Positions 1 to 9,336 are shown, numbered from the stretch's first letter. The stretch: DNA of 64,000 bases from Desulfurococcaceae archaeon (GCA_038888155.1 JAWAJB010000003.1:32001-96000); one strand, 5' to 3'. The notes: generated by a model not told the origin, from the letters alone. Translations and numbers: made by a program.

Positions 1-187
1 ATACGGCGCTCACTATTTGAGCCCCAACCACAACAATGAAAAACGATATTGATAAGTAAGCCCAGTACTTAGCGTACTTGTAGTTAGGTTTTAAGACGAG
101 GACCAAGATGCCGCCAATTAGCGGAATAAGCCAGGCAATAAGCCCCCATATCTTCTCGTCTTCGCTAACTTCAAACTTGTTGCCCAC
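1..187 (-). CDS. Membrane protein, DUF4870-like (runs off window start)
   Basis: GTG at 187 with GAGGTG RBS; MGNKFEVSEDEKIWGLIAWLIPLIGGILVLVLKPNYKYAKYWAYLSISFF; not in ORF track. Confidence 0.7.
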   Translation of the reverse strand, partial: MGNKFEVSEDEKIWGLIAWLIPLIGGILVLVLKPNYKYAKYWAYLSISFFIVVVGAQIVSAV

Positions 188-309
188 TTACTTGCACCTC
201 TTAGTTCGCAGAAAAACAATTATAGGTATTGTCCTATATGTTATTTAAACTTAACTGCCCAGGGAGCAACCCTTACCTTAATGGAGCTGAGATACTGCGG
301 AGAAATGTC

Positions 310-2451
310 CTACGATGATAAATTTAAAGAGATAGGATAGTACGCGCAGGAGCCCATGTCCTCAGGTGAAGTACAAAGCTCGAGCCTCAGGTAAAGCACA
401 GAGCTTTGACCTCCCCCAGTGAAGTACCCCCAGAGAGCTATGTGATTTTCTAGCCCTAAGTTGAGTTGCACTCTACTGGTTGACGTTGATACTGAAGCTC
501 CGCCCTCTACTGTCACGTTTGTCGACCTCGTGGTGCCCTCAATCCAAATATCAAGGTTTAAAGAAGTTGAGCCAAATACGCTATCCAGTAGAAGTCTAGC
601 GTAGAGAGTTTGGGAGGCGTTTACCCCTAGAGCCTTTAATGTATTCCCCGGCGCTGAGCCCGGAATAGCCGCATTCACTCTCGCGCTTGTCTTGTTAGCT
701 CCTAACTCCACTTCAATTGAAGGAGGGGCTCCTTGAGTTTCAACTCTGTACGAGTCTCCGCCGAGAATAGCGTCTGTATTGGGCACCTGATGCACGCAGA
801 TTAAAGCGTCATCAGAGCCCTTAACCGCTATTCTACCGTCAGTACCCGTGCCCACAACTACATCGTGGAGCAAGCTGAGCGACAACGACTGTCCAGGGGA
901 AGTCCCCCACGCTACTAAATTGTTGAGATTGTCCCACATTTCAATGGATACGCCAGCACGTAGGTTTGTGAACAATACGCCTCTTGGATCTGAAGTTGCT
1001 ATTAGGAAGTCGTCGAAGTACGCAGTTACAGCGTCAAGCGTCACGCCAATGAAAGCTGGTCTAAACCTTTGCGGGGCAGTTGACGACGCTGAAGCCGTGG
1101 CTAAGAGGTTGCCAGATGCGCCGTAGACTCTCGCTCTAATGTCTATACTGGTTCCCGTATCAGTATAGTTCACGACAAGTACGTACCACGCTACGGTGGA
1201 GTAGCCCGGGATAGTAGTATTTGCAAGAGTGTACCATCCCAATATGTTCTCCACGCCGTAGCTTCTTATGTAGAGCACCCCTGATGTGTGTACCTCTACT
1301 GCGTACACTCTGTTCAAGGGGCTCCTCCCTAACATAACTCCATAGTAGCCAGTTCCAGATGCCCACCTCGTCTTGGAAACGACCCACAGAGTAGTGTAGC
1401 CCGATAAACTAGTGCTGTAATAATATTGCGAGGCGCTGCCAACCCCCCCATCGTTGTCCGTTCCCCGCAATGCGTTACCTTTTGCACCTGCCACGCCGCT
1501 TATAGTGCTCCAGGTCCCACCTCTAGCATCCCATACAGGTAATGGATAAGCCTCGAAGTCTGTATAGGTTAAAGCCGTTCTATCAGTTCTAGTCACTGCA
1601 CACGTATATGCATATAGTGGTTGCTCTAGCGTTGCTGGTGGAGGCTGTGGGTTTATAGCTGGCGATAATGAGTAGTAGGCGAAAACGGATGCCCCTGCAT
1701 TGGATAGAACAACCCCTGCTACTATAGCTATGGGCGCGAAGGCTTGTAAAGTTGTCTTCGCGAGGAATTTCTTGGGCTTTAAGCCCTTGTTTCGTTCTTC
1801 TCTAGTTAATTGCTTGCCGTAAATGTATACAGCCCACATTATTGAAGCTGTTGATGAAGTTATTGAGGCGTAGAGCAGTGCTAGAATTACTGCAGGATGC
1901 GTGAAAAGCAAGTCGTATGCAAGGGTTTTTGTAGCGTTTATCCCCGTGTACTCTACTAGGCCTGCGAGCGTTCTAACCTTAAATACTCCGCCGTTATTTG
2001 CGTAGCTTAAAAGCACTCCAGCGTCGACGCTGAACGCCTGCGAGAGGTACCTTAAAACGCCCGAGGCCACTACAAGTGATGCCGATACGCCGTAGATTAA
2101 TGAGATAGAGGAGAGAGCATTCTTCCTTAGGCAAAGAAGTGCGAGTAGCGTTACGCCGACAAGGACTCCAACGTACGCTGTAGTAGCTACCGCAACTGCT
2201 TTAACTGCATCTAGGTTAGGCAACGCTATTGATCTGCCGTTGGTGTTGTAGCGTATTTCGTAGCTCACTATGGATAGATATCCATGAACATAGCCTGTAA
2301 ACACTATTTGCGGGCACAGAAGCATCAACAAGAATAGAGCTGAAACTGTAAAGCAAAATAACCCGCTGATAGATATAAGCGCCCTCAATTTCCTAGGTAC
2401 ATAGAAATCTTCTTCAGCGCTTAACCGTACCTTACTGTTATCTGCGACCAC
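310..2451 (-). CDS. Multi-TM protein fused to an extracellular pilin-like domain with a lectin-like insert (putative minor pilin/adhesin/anchor)
   Basis: N-terminal TM segments; internal basic+hydrophobic segment ending SVFA|YY; Ser/Thr/Trp-rich beta region; C-terminal similarity to 3563..4168. Confidence 0.65.
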   Translation of the reverse strand: MVADNSKVRLSAEEDFYVPRKLRALISISGLFCFTVSALFLLMLLCPQIVFTGYVHGYLSIVSYEIRYNTNGRSIALPNLDAVKAVAVATTAYVGVLVGVTLLALLCLRKNALSSISLIYGVSASLVVASGVLRYLSQAFSVDAGVLLSYANNGGVFKVRTLAGLVEYTGINATKTLAYDLLFTHPAVILALLYASITSSTASIMWAVYIYGKQLTREERNKGLKPKKFLAKTTLQAFAPIAIVAGVVLSNAGASVFAYYSLSPAINPQPPPATLEQPLYAYTCAVTRTDRTALTYTDFEAYPLPVWDARGGTWSTISGVAGAKGNALRGTDNDGGVGSASQYYYSTSLSGYTTLWVVSKTRWASGTGYYGVMLGRSPLNRVYAVEVHTSGVLYIRSYGVENILGWYTLANTTIPGYSTVAWYVLVVNYTDTGTSIDIRARVYGASGNLLATASASSTAPQRFRPAFIGVTLDAVTAYFDDFLIATSDPRGVLFTNLRAGVSIEMWDNLNNLVAWGTSPGQSLSLSLLHDVVVGTGTDGRIAVKGSDDALICVHQVPNTDAILGGDSYRVETQGAPPSIEVELGANKTSARVNAAIPGSAPGNTLKALGVNASQTLYARLLLDSVFGSTSLNLDIWIEGTTRSTNVTVEGGASVSTSTSRVQLNLGLENHIALWGYFTGGGQSSVLYLRLELCTSPEDMGSCAYYPISLNLSS

Positions 2452-3548
2452 TTCTCCTCACCTCCAAGCCTGTAGCTTACATCAGCGTAAACGAACTTGC
2501 TTCCCTCGGGAGGCTCGACAGTTGCAAAGCCGTGCTCGCTCACGACCTCCTGAATTGAAGCGTTCTTCCATGCGTCGCCAACGCCGTAGGCGTACTTTAA
2601 AGACACGTTAACAAATACCGGAAAACAATTCGGATTGTAGAATTGGAGGGAGCCGTTAACAGCCTTCACCTCTAGGTGCCTTGGATAAGCTCTAACAGCG
2701 TAGTTACCTTCAAGCCTCCCCACGTGATTCAATGTAGCGTAGACGCTTACGTTCAGCGAGCTTTCGTTATTTAATCTTTGAGCGACTTCACGCGGCACTT
2801 TCGCCAATACGCTCGATTCGCTGAGCAACGCGGGTAGCTCAACTTCGTCAATGTATACCTTAGCGCCAGTTAGCTGAAGGGAGCCCACGTAGCTTACTAG
2901 CAGCGTACACGTTTCGGAGTTGAGCTCCAGCTTAGATAAGTGAAGAACGGGGAGCTCAACTCGAGTTGAGCTCACAACAGGTTGCGTTAGACCGTAGACA
3001 ACTAGTATAAGTACGAGGATTGTAGCGTAAACCATAGCTGAGGCAAAGCCAACTAGCTTTACTTTTGCAACGTTAATTAAGCTAGCCACTACAGCGTAGA
3101 GGAATATCGGCAGCCAGATTTCCCTAGGTATGATGCACACAACGACGCCTTTAATCCAATTAAGTGATACCGGGAAAGGATCGGGGGCTGGGTTGGCGTC
3201 GCCCTTAGTGATAATGCAGTTAACTCCGTGAGGGCAGTCAGCAACGTATCTGTGAACAATGCAGGAACTACTAGTTAAGCAGTATACAACTACATCTCCT
3301 GCAGATGGCGGGCTTCTCACGTAGATTGCAATATCCCACCTACGAATAATTGGCTCCATGCTGCCAGAGCAAACAACGGCTCCCCCGAAAGCGCTGTAAA
3401 CTCCAAGGCGGGAAAGAAGAGTAAACAAGAAGAGAGCGGTGAAGACAACTAAGACGGTAGAGGGTAAAATCCTGAGGAAAACCAAAGCCAATGAACGACG
3501 GGAAACCTGTCCACGAAAAAACTGGTTGAATTCACGGGGAATACTCAT
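2421..3548 (-). CDS. Signal peptidase I, SipW/ER-type (S26B), with C-terminal extracellular extension
   Basis: SGSMEP (Ser), IVHRY (His), ITKGDAN..PDP motifs. Confidence 0.9.
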   Translation of the reverse strand: MSIPREFNQFFRGQVSRRSLALVFLRILPSTVLVVFTALFLFTLLSRLGVYSAFGGAVVCSGSMEPIIRRWDIAIYVRSPPSAGDVVVYCLTSSSCIVHRYVADCPHGVNCIITKGDANPAPDPFPVSLNWIKGVVVCIIPREIWLPIFLYAVVASLINVAKVKLVGFASAMVYATILVLILVVYGLTQPVVSSTRVELPVLHLSKLELNSETCTLLVSYVGSLQLTGAKVYIDEVELPALLSESSVLAKVPREVAQRLNNESSLNVSVYATLNHVGRLEGNYAVRAYPRHLEVKAVNGSLQFYNPNCFPVFVNVSLKYAYGVGDAWKNASIQEVVSEHGFATVEPPEGSKFVYADVSYRLGGEEKWSQITVRYG

Positions 3549-3562
3549 CTATAGCAGCCCCT

Positions 3563-4168
3563 TTACGGCGGGATCTCACTAGATGGCGTGTAAACTAAAT
3601 GCATGTTGAAAGTAGCTTGTTGCCCGCTAATGCTTGTTCCCTCGGGTATGTAAACCATTAAGTCCACTTCCCACATTGAATTACCACTAAGAGCTCCAAT
3701 TTGTTGGGGGTTGTTTGTGTTCGTACTGGTTAATTCAATAACTCTAACAGCTCCACTTGGTTCCCCCGGTTGAGGATAAGATGCCGGCAGATCTCTCGTG
3801 GCATTATAGTCATAGACTATTAGCCAAACCTTAGAGCCCGCTGGTATACTCCCACTCATTTGATCTAGAATTAGGTAAACATTGTAGGCCTTTGAATCCG
3901 TGTTGCTTATCAATGTCAAGTTCTTGTAATAAGTTGTTTGATAGGTTGGATGTACTGTAATACCTGCACTTGTTGAATCACTCCCTATGTTGACCTGTAT
4001 TTCCTTGTTCCCGAGGTCTTTCTGTCCAGCGTTGCTACCGAGGAGGAACTTTATCGGCGGCTCTACGGGTTGCACTACTAGTTGAAATGGGTAGTATGCG
4101 AAAACGCTTCCAGCTATAAACGATGTTGCTAGTAGCGCTAATAAAAACATGGGTATTCTCTTCTCCAC
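3563..4168 (-). CDS. Secreted TasA/AbpA-like fibre subunit (putative major pilin)
   Basis: Signal peptide ending GSVFA|YY, beta-rich mature part, directly upstream of SipW-type peptidase; GAGGTGA RBS. Confidence 0.7.
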   Translation of the reverse strand: MEKRIPMFLLALLATSFIAGSVFAYYPFQLVVQPVEPPIKFLLGSNAGQKDLGNKEIQVNIGSDSTSAGITVHPTYQTTYYKNLTLISNTDSKAYNVYLILDQMSGSIPAGSKVWLIVYDYNATRDLPASYPQPGEPSGAVRVIELTSTNTNNPQQIGALSGNSMWEVDLMVYIPEGTSISGQQATFNMHLVYTPSSEIPP

Positions 4169-4207
4169 TTCTTCTTCACCTCTTTGGCTTTTTAATCTCA
4201 GTTAAGG

Positions 4208-4235
4208 TATATAAAAGGGTAAGGGTTTATAAACC
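4208..4235. promoter_or_regulatory. TATA elements in the divergent promoter region (TATATAAA; palindromic GGTTTATAAACC)
   Basis: AT-rich boxes between the pilin gene and the TFB-like gene. Confidence 0.5.
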
Positions 4236-4352
4236 TTTGCCGTCGTGGTCAACAATTGAAACACTCGGTTGATTTTTCAATGTTTTTAAGTAGGGTTAAC
4301 ATATTTAAGCTTATTAACCAATAGAGCTAGATGCTGTTGATTCAGGTGCCTT

Positions 4353-5066
4353 GTGGTGCTTATGACCACCGAGCCTCTGTGGCTTTCGATGATTCTCGAT
4401 AGGGTTAGACCGGACCTTGAGGAGCTGTGCTCTGAGCTCGTCGTCTTAAAGGAGTGTAATTTAGTGTTGGACTCCCTTGTTGAATCCCACCCGCTGTGGT
4501 TTGAGGGTAAAAAGAAGAAGACTGTCACTGCCGCTATTCTCTATATTTCTTTGTTAGTTAGTAGAGGGCCTCGGAGAGGCGTTTTAAGAGAGGCTTTAGA
4601 TCTCGCCGGCATTTCAAAAGTTTCCCTGAGGGACGCTTTGTCGAGGCTAGTTGAAGTTGATTGGAGCCTCGGCGTTGTTTACTTCAACCCCAAGTTCTAC
4701 TCTGCTCTTAGAAAAAGAGTAGCTCTGCCAGGGTACGTAGTGCCGTTAATGCTCTCGGAAGTAATTAGGGCAAAACTCTCTAGGGTTTCGCCCGGTTTAT
4801 ACGAGTTCCTCAACGTGCAGTGCAAGAAGGGCGTTGGTAAAGACTGCGTATCAACTCTCCTCGAAAATCCAGCAACAGTTAGAGATATTATAATCAGCAA
4901 GTACGGGACGCCAATTGTAGCTAGGCGAATAGCTGAGAGGCTCTTTGCTTCAATAATAGAAGTTATAGGGGTCGAGAAATCGCCAGCAGAACTAGCTGAG
5001 CTTTTCACCAGCAACCCAGAGGAGTTACGTAAACTGCTTGCTTCTAGTGCCCGCAGCTCAAAGTAA
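4353..5066 (+). CDS. TFB/TFIIB C-terminal cyclin-repeat protein fused to a helical C-terminal domain (DUF3227/NitrOD-like)
   Basis: GKKKKTVTAAILYISLL...LREALDLAGISKVSLRDALSRL resembles TFB repeat 2 (GK.P..LAAAAIYIASL...QREVAEVAGVTEVTVRNRYKEL); C-terminal LLENP..VRDIIISKYG. Confidence 0.6.
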   Translation: MVLMTTEPLWLSMILDRVRPDLEELCSELVVLKECNLVLDSLVESHPLWFEGKKKKTVTAAILYISLLVSRGPRRGVLREALDLAGISKVSLRDALSRLVEVDWSLGVVYFNPKFYSALRKRVALPGYVVPLMLSEVIRAKLSRVSPGLYEFLNVQCKKGVGKDCVSTLLENPATVRDIIISKYGTPIVARRIAERLFASIIEVIGVEKSPAELAELFTSNPEELRKLLASSARSSK

Positions 5067-5138
5067 ACTTTGTAGCGACAAACCGCCTCCTGTTAAGTCA
5101 AAGCATTTTTATGTACCTTATTCTTTAGGATAATTTAA

Positions 5139-6578
5139 GTGCGAGGGAGATGGTACTCAATGGAGGCAGCGTTCACCACTGGCAACAAGGAATTAGACAG
5201 GTTAATAGGCCCCATTCACTCGAAGTACATGTTGCTAATTGTAGGCCACCCCGGTGCAGGTAAAACAACTCTCGCTAGTAGCATATGCTACGAGAACGCG
5301 CAAAGGGGCTACAAATGCCTCTACATATCATTTTACGAAGACAAAGACAAGTTCTACAGAAATATGGATAAACTAGGAATAGACTTAGCTGACATTGAAT
5401 CTAGGGGGCTTTTAACTCACGTTAAGTTGCCCGTTGTGAAATCCGCTGAAGTGCTAGGTATAGTGAATGAACTTATAGTTAAGGACTCCTACAAAGTTGT
5501 TGTACTTGACTCTATAAACCCTGTGCTAGAGCTTTACAGGAAGAGAGAGCAAAGGGCAATACTATTAAACTTCTTCTACAACTTGATAGATGCAATAGAT
5601 GGCTTACTGGTAGCAATCTCCGAGATTTCGTGGGGCAAGGAGACTCTCAACCTCGGCTCAATTGATTTCGTGGCAGACGCAATAATTTACTTAAAGCACA
5701 GGATAACTCGCGGATTGCTAGTAAGAGTGTTGGAGTTGAGGAAGATAAGGGGCTCGCAATTAAGTACAGCTGAAATACCCTTTGACATAGTCGAGAAAAG
5801 GGGAATTATCGTTTACGCTCCTAGAAGGCTGGAGAGGCCGCGCAGCGAGGCAGTGAAGGCTTTGAAAACATGCATGTTATTGGAGGACGCCATTGGGGCA
5901 ATATATAAAGGAGACATCATATCGGTGAACTACCCGCCGAACGCGAGGCCCTCCTTGGTGTTGCTTCCGCTCATTAACTTCGCAGTAATAAACGACATAA
6001 AGTTGCTTGGGATCTCGTACAGGTACTCCCTAGAGGACACTAAGGCGGCTGTAGAAGCCGCTTTAATTAAATACTACGGCTTAAGTCTAACTGAGGCAAA
6101 CTGGATCATTAACAACTACATGCGCTTGGAGTCCATCAATCCAGCAACTATTTCAATTCCGCAGATAGTTAGCTTTGAGATGAGGCTAGTTGAGAAAGAG
6201 AGACCGGGAATAGTGGTATTTCACGCGCGCGAAATCCCCTGGAGGCTTACACGCAACACAGATGAAGACGGCTACTGGACTTCTCTAGTGAACCAGTTAA
6301 CCTGGCTCGAAAACCATGGAATAACAACTGCGTGGATGTATAGCAGAGTAGACCAGCAATTTGTGAAAATGAGCGAAGCACTAGCAGATATCTCAATAAG
6401 GGCATACTATAAACCAGGCGATAAAGGTCTGAGGCAACTATGGTACACTTGGAGAAGAGGCCAAGAGCCAAGGATAGTAGACTTCGCCAGCCCAGTGACC
6501 CAGGAGAAAATACAAGAGTGCTCAAAAATGCTAAAGAGTTTAGTTCACGAGAAACTAGCTGGGGGCAGTTCAAACTAG
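5139..6578 (+). CDS. KaiC/RAD55-family ATPase with one intact and one degenerate domain (likely start ATG 5160)
   Basis: TGNKELDRLI, Walker A GHPGAGKT, Walker B VVVLDS, DFVADAII, RKIRGS; second domain lacks Walker A Lys. Confidence 0.9.
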   Translation: MRGRWYSMEAAFTTGNKELDRLIGPIHSKYMLLIVGHPGAGKTTLASSICYENAQRGYKCLYISFYEDKDKFYRNMDKLGIDLADIESRGLLTHVKLPVVKSAEVLGIVNELIVKDSYKVVVLDSINPVLELYRKREQRAILLNFFYNLIDAIDGLLVAISEISWGKETLNLGSIDFVADAIIYLKHRITRGLLVRVLELRKIRGSQLSTAEIPFDIVEKRGIIVYAPRRLERPRSEAVKALKTCMLLEDAIGAIYKGDIISVNYPPNARPSLVLLPLINFAVINDIKLLGISYRYSLEDTKAAVEAALIKYYGLSLTEANWIINNYMRLESINPATISIPQIVSFEMRLVEKERPGIVVFHAREIPWRLTRNTDEDGYWTSLVNQLTWLENHGITTAWMYSRVDQQFVKMSEALADISIRAYYKPGDKGLRQLWYTWRRGQEPRIVDFASPVTQEKIQECSKMLKSLVHEKLAGGSSN

Positions 6579-7154
6579 CGTGCAAGGCTGCACGCAGGTC
6601 GAATTCTCGGCTCCTATACTGCGCGCACAGGGAGAGAAAAGTCAGCGTAATAGGAGGCAACACCAAAACGCTCCCGCGAGCGCCTTTAGAGATAGTTTAA
6701 AAAACCGAAGCTATGGGCAGATATTTTGGGAGAAAAGGGTCCAAATACAATCAGGTAGAACACGGTGCTACGGTATTTTGTGCTCTGAATTGCTCGATCT
6801 CCTAGTATGTTTTTATCACAGATCTGCAGGTTAGTTGCTGTGTTGGTCTTCCCCTAAGTAAAAGTTTTATCGTGTTTACGTCTGTTGCCCTTAGTCCCCG
6901 GTCTTCATCGGGTTTTTTGCTTGTTTTTTATTGAGCTAGTGCCACGACTCGCCCTTACACCAAATTAACAGTTGAGCTCTAGGCTTATATCCAGCGCATC
7001 CTCAACGTTGAGATCTCCGGCTAGAGGTTCTGCTTCGTAACCAGGCACTGAGTGGACACTCTCAACTCAGTCTATGAGCCCCTTAATGCGCGTGCGCCTT
7101 TAAGGTAATAAGGGATGTAGCCTACAAAATTAAGTAGAGTATAAGGCGAGCAGC

Positions 7155-7718
7155 GTGAGCAGAGAAAGGACAATATCCCTAGAAGAAGCAAGACAGGCGG
7201 TCGAGAGCGTTGCTAGAAGGCTCGCTCTGCTACACCTAGCGTACGCGAGGTCTATAATCGATGAAGTTGGACAAGAAAAAGGAATGAAGATTATAGCTAA
7301 GGCTGTAAAAGACTATGGAAGAAAAATAGGGGAGAAGACTAGAGAGGAGGTAATTGACCAGGGGCTAGATCCCGAGCCGGAGAACTTCGATAGGGGACCC
7401 TCCTATAGATTTCCGGGCTTCGGCATGGGTGATCGAACCGAATTAGTTAACGTTGAGGGCGAGCTGAGGGTCCGAACGCATGGTTGCACGCTAGCAGGCG
7501 TGTGGAAGGAGCACAAAGGGGAAAAGCTTGGGCGCCTCTACTGCTACATGGATGTAGCGAAATACATGGGCTACAACCCAAAGTATAAGCTCGTGCACGT
7601 GAAGTGCATCCTAGACGGAGACGACTACTGCGAATTCGCTGTTAGACCCACGACGGAGAAGGAAAGAGAGGATTTCTCCTCTGAAGGTAAAGACTGGTTC
7701 TACATAGACAGCCCATAA
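7155..7718 (+). CDS. ATC-hydrolase-like (V4R-related) Cys-containing protein
   Basis: HGCTLAGVWKE, LYCYMD, KCILDGDDYCEF pattern. Confidence 0.75.
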   Translation: MSRERTISLEEARQAVESVARRLALLHLAYARSIIDEVGQEKGMKIIAKAVKDYGRKIGEKTREEVIDQGLDPEPENFDRGPSYRFPGFGMGDRTELVNVEGELRVRTHGCTLAGVWKEHKGEKLGRLYCYMDVAKYMGYNPKYKLVHVKCILDGDDYCEFAVRPTTEKEREDFSSEGKDWFYIDSP

Positions 7719-8068
7719 GCGAAGTCAAAGCCCCCATAGCTTCTCCAAGCCGGGTTCAAAATAGTTTTTCCTTTCTTACACCTAGCTCTTAGGAAACAGG
7801 AGGGGCCGCGTAAGCCCCTCTCGCTTGGCAGTAAGCTAAAATTTGCAGTGTTGTGAGGCCCAATTTCGCACAGCAGGACATCATTAGCTTCCGTGGACAT
7901 CCTTCCGCTCTCCCCCCGCTAAATCGCTCTCCGTTGCACGCGAGCTCAGAGGGCTAAAAACAGTCAAAAAAACCGAAAAGATCTTTAGATTTTTGAGGGG
8001 CTTGTTATGCTTAGGCATGTGCATCCTGTGAAAAGTTTTAAGAAACCACGATTTAAGGTATATTAGGC

Positions 8069-8559
8069 TCACCACGCGAGAGTCTCGGTATCCACAAAGG
8101 TCCCAAGAGAGCTCGTTGGGCTGGCAGATAAATCTAGATCCACCAAAGTGCATACCACTCCCTCTATCTCGTGCTCATGTTTCTTTAAGAATTCAATGAA
8201 TTCTTCGTCTATTGTAAGCCACGGAATTCAGCTTATCTTCGATGTCGAATAGTACAGAGCGTCTATGTAGCCTCTAAGCCCCTCCTTATAGACTTTGTAC
8301 GCATCAAAGTTTGCTTCTACTGGCATGTCAAGCCTATTGTACGTGTTTCTTACAGAGTCCAGGGCAACTCTGAAAACACCGAGATGTTCGGGAGGTATAA
8401 CCTTGATTATCCTCCACATCGCCTCGATGATTCCTAGTCCAGGTAATAAACATCTAATCTTCTAAACAGCTCTATGGCTTTCAGGGCGTCTTCTACGACT
8501 TCTATACCAAGTGCCGACAAGAGAAATGTCGTATCGATTAATGTCTTAGGTCTTCTCAA
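8069..8559 (-). pseudogene. PIN/VapC ribonuclease pseudogene
   Basis: LIDTTFLL (frame A, stop 8434-8436), then frameshift to IIEAMW...YIDALYYST, in-frame TGA at 8228, continuing IPWLTIDEEFIEFL. Confidence 0.8.
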
Positions 8560-8634
8560 CGCACTTCTGACTACCGCTATTTGTGCATATGTTCTATTAA
8601 CAAGATCGCGATTTTTATGAGGAGTTTAAGAACG

Positions 8635-8719
8635 CGCCGGGGGCGGGATTTGAACCCGCGCGGGCGTAGTGCCCACTGGCTCTCAAGGCCAGCCCCTTAG
8701 GCCGCTCGGGCACCCCGGC
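8635..8719 (-). tRNA. tRNA-Ser(UGA)
   Basis: Cloverleaf; anticodon arm CTGGC-CTTGAGA-GCCAG; long variable arm; G discriminator. Confidence 0.96.
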
Positions 8720-8730
8720 TTTTTCTGTGT

Positions 8731-9336
8731 TTATGGTTTTAGGTACAGTAGAATATAACCCTTTTTACTTAGAATCTCCACTCGGCTGTATACCCTTTCT
8801 GCCTCTCTCGCGAGGTGCTCCCCTCCTCTAGCTAGCACGAACTGGGCAAATCCATTCTCTTCGAGGTATTGTTTAGCCCCTAGCACTATGTCTTTTACTA
8901 TGTACATACCAGCAGATAGGGGGGGATTCGAGTATATCGCATTGAAGCGGAATTCTTTAACGGGATCGTACCTGTCCCCCTCGAGGACAACCGCTCGATC
9001 GTGTACCTCGTTCATCTTCGCGTTCAGCCTCGACGCCTTAACAGCTAGGGGGTTTACGTCTGTCATATAGACTTTTAGCTTTGGGTTCAGCTTGGCGATT
9101 GTTATTCCTATAGCGCCGTAGCCGCACCCTACATCTAGAACCGACCCTCTCTCAGGAAGCTCGATGTTCTCTAAAAGCAACCTTGTCCCCTCGTCTATTG
9201 ATGTGCCCGAGAAGAGGCTTGTATACGACACAAACTGAAGAGTTACCCCATGTATAACTAACGGTATGAGAACTCTTTTGCCTGGCGTCCCCGCCTTGAA
9301 GTAGTGCAACTTAATCATCTTCAACCTGCTCTCCAC
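8731..9336 (-). CDS. Class I SAM methyltransferase (RsmC/MTS-like)
   Basis: FSGTSIDEGT, VLDVGCGYG, SNPP. Confidence 0.9.
   Translation of the reverse strand: MESRLKMIKLHYFKAGTPGKRVLIPLVIHGVTLQFVSYTSLFSGTSIDEGTRLLLENIELPERGSVLDVGCGYGAIGITIAKLNPKLKVYMTDVNPLAVKASRLNAKMNEVHDRAVVLEGDRYDPVKEFRFNAIYSNPPLSAGMYIVKDIVLGAKQYLEENGFAQFVLARGGEHLAREAERVYSRVEILSKKGYILLYLKP

Noticed and set aside
6580-6834. 84-aa ORF after KaiC, plus small ORFs at 7700-8153
   Set aside because: No RBS or motifs, atypical composition; likely spurious
6850-6910. ATGAAGA...CAGA on the minus strand as a C/D sRNA
   Set aside because: No second C'/D box pair
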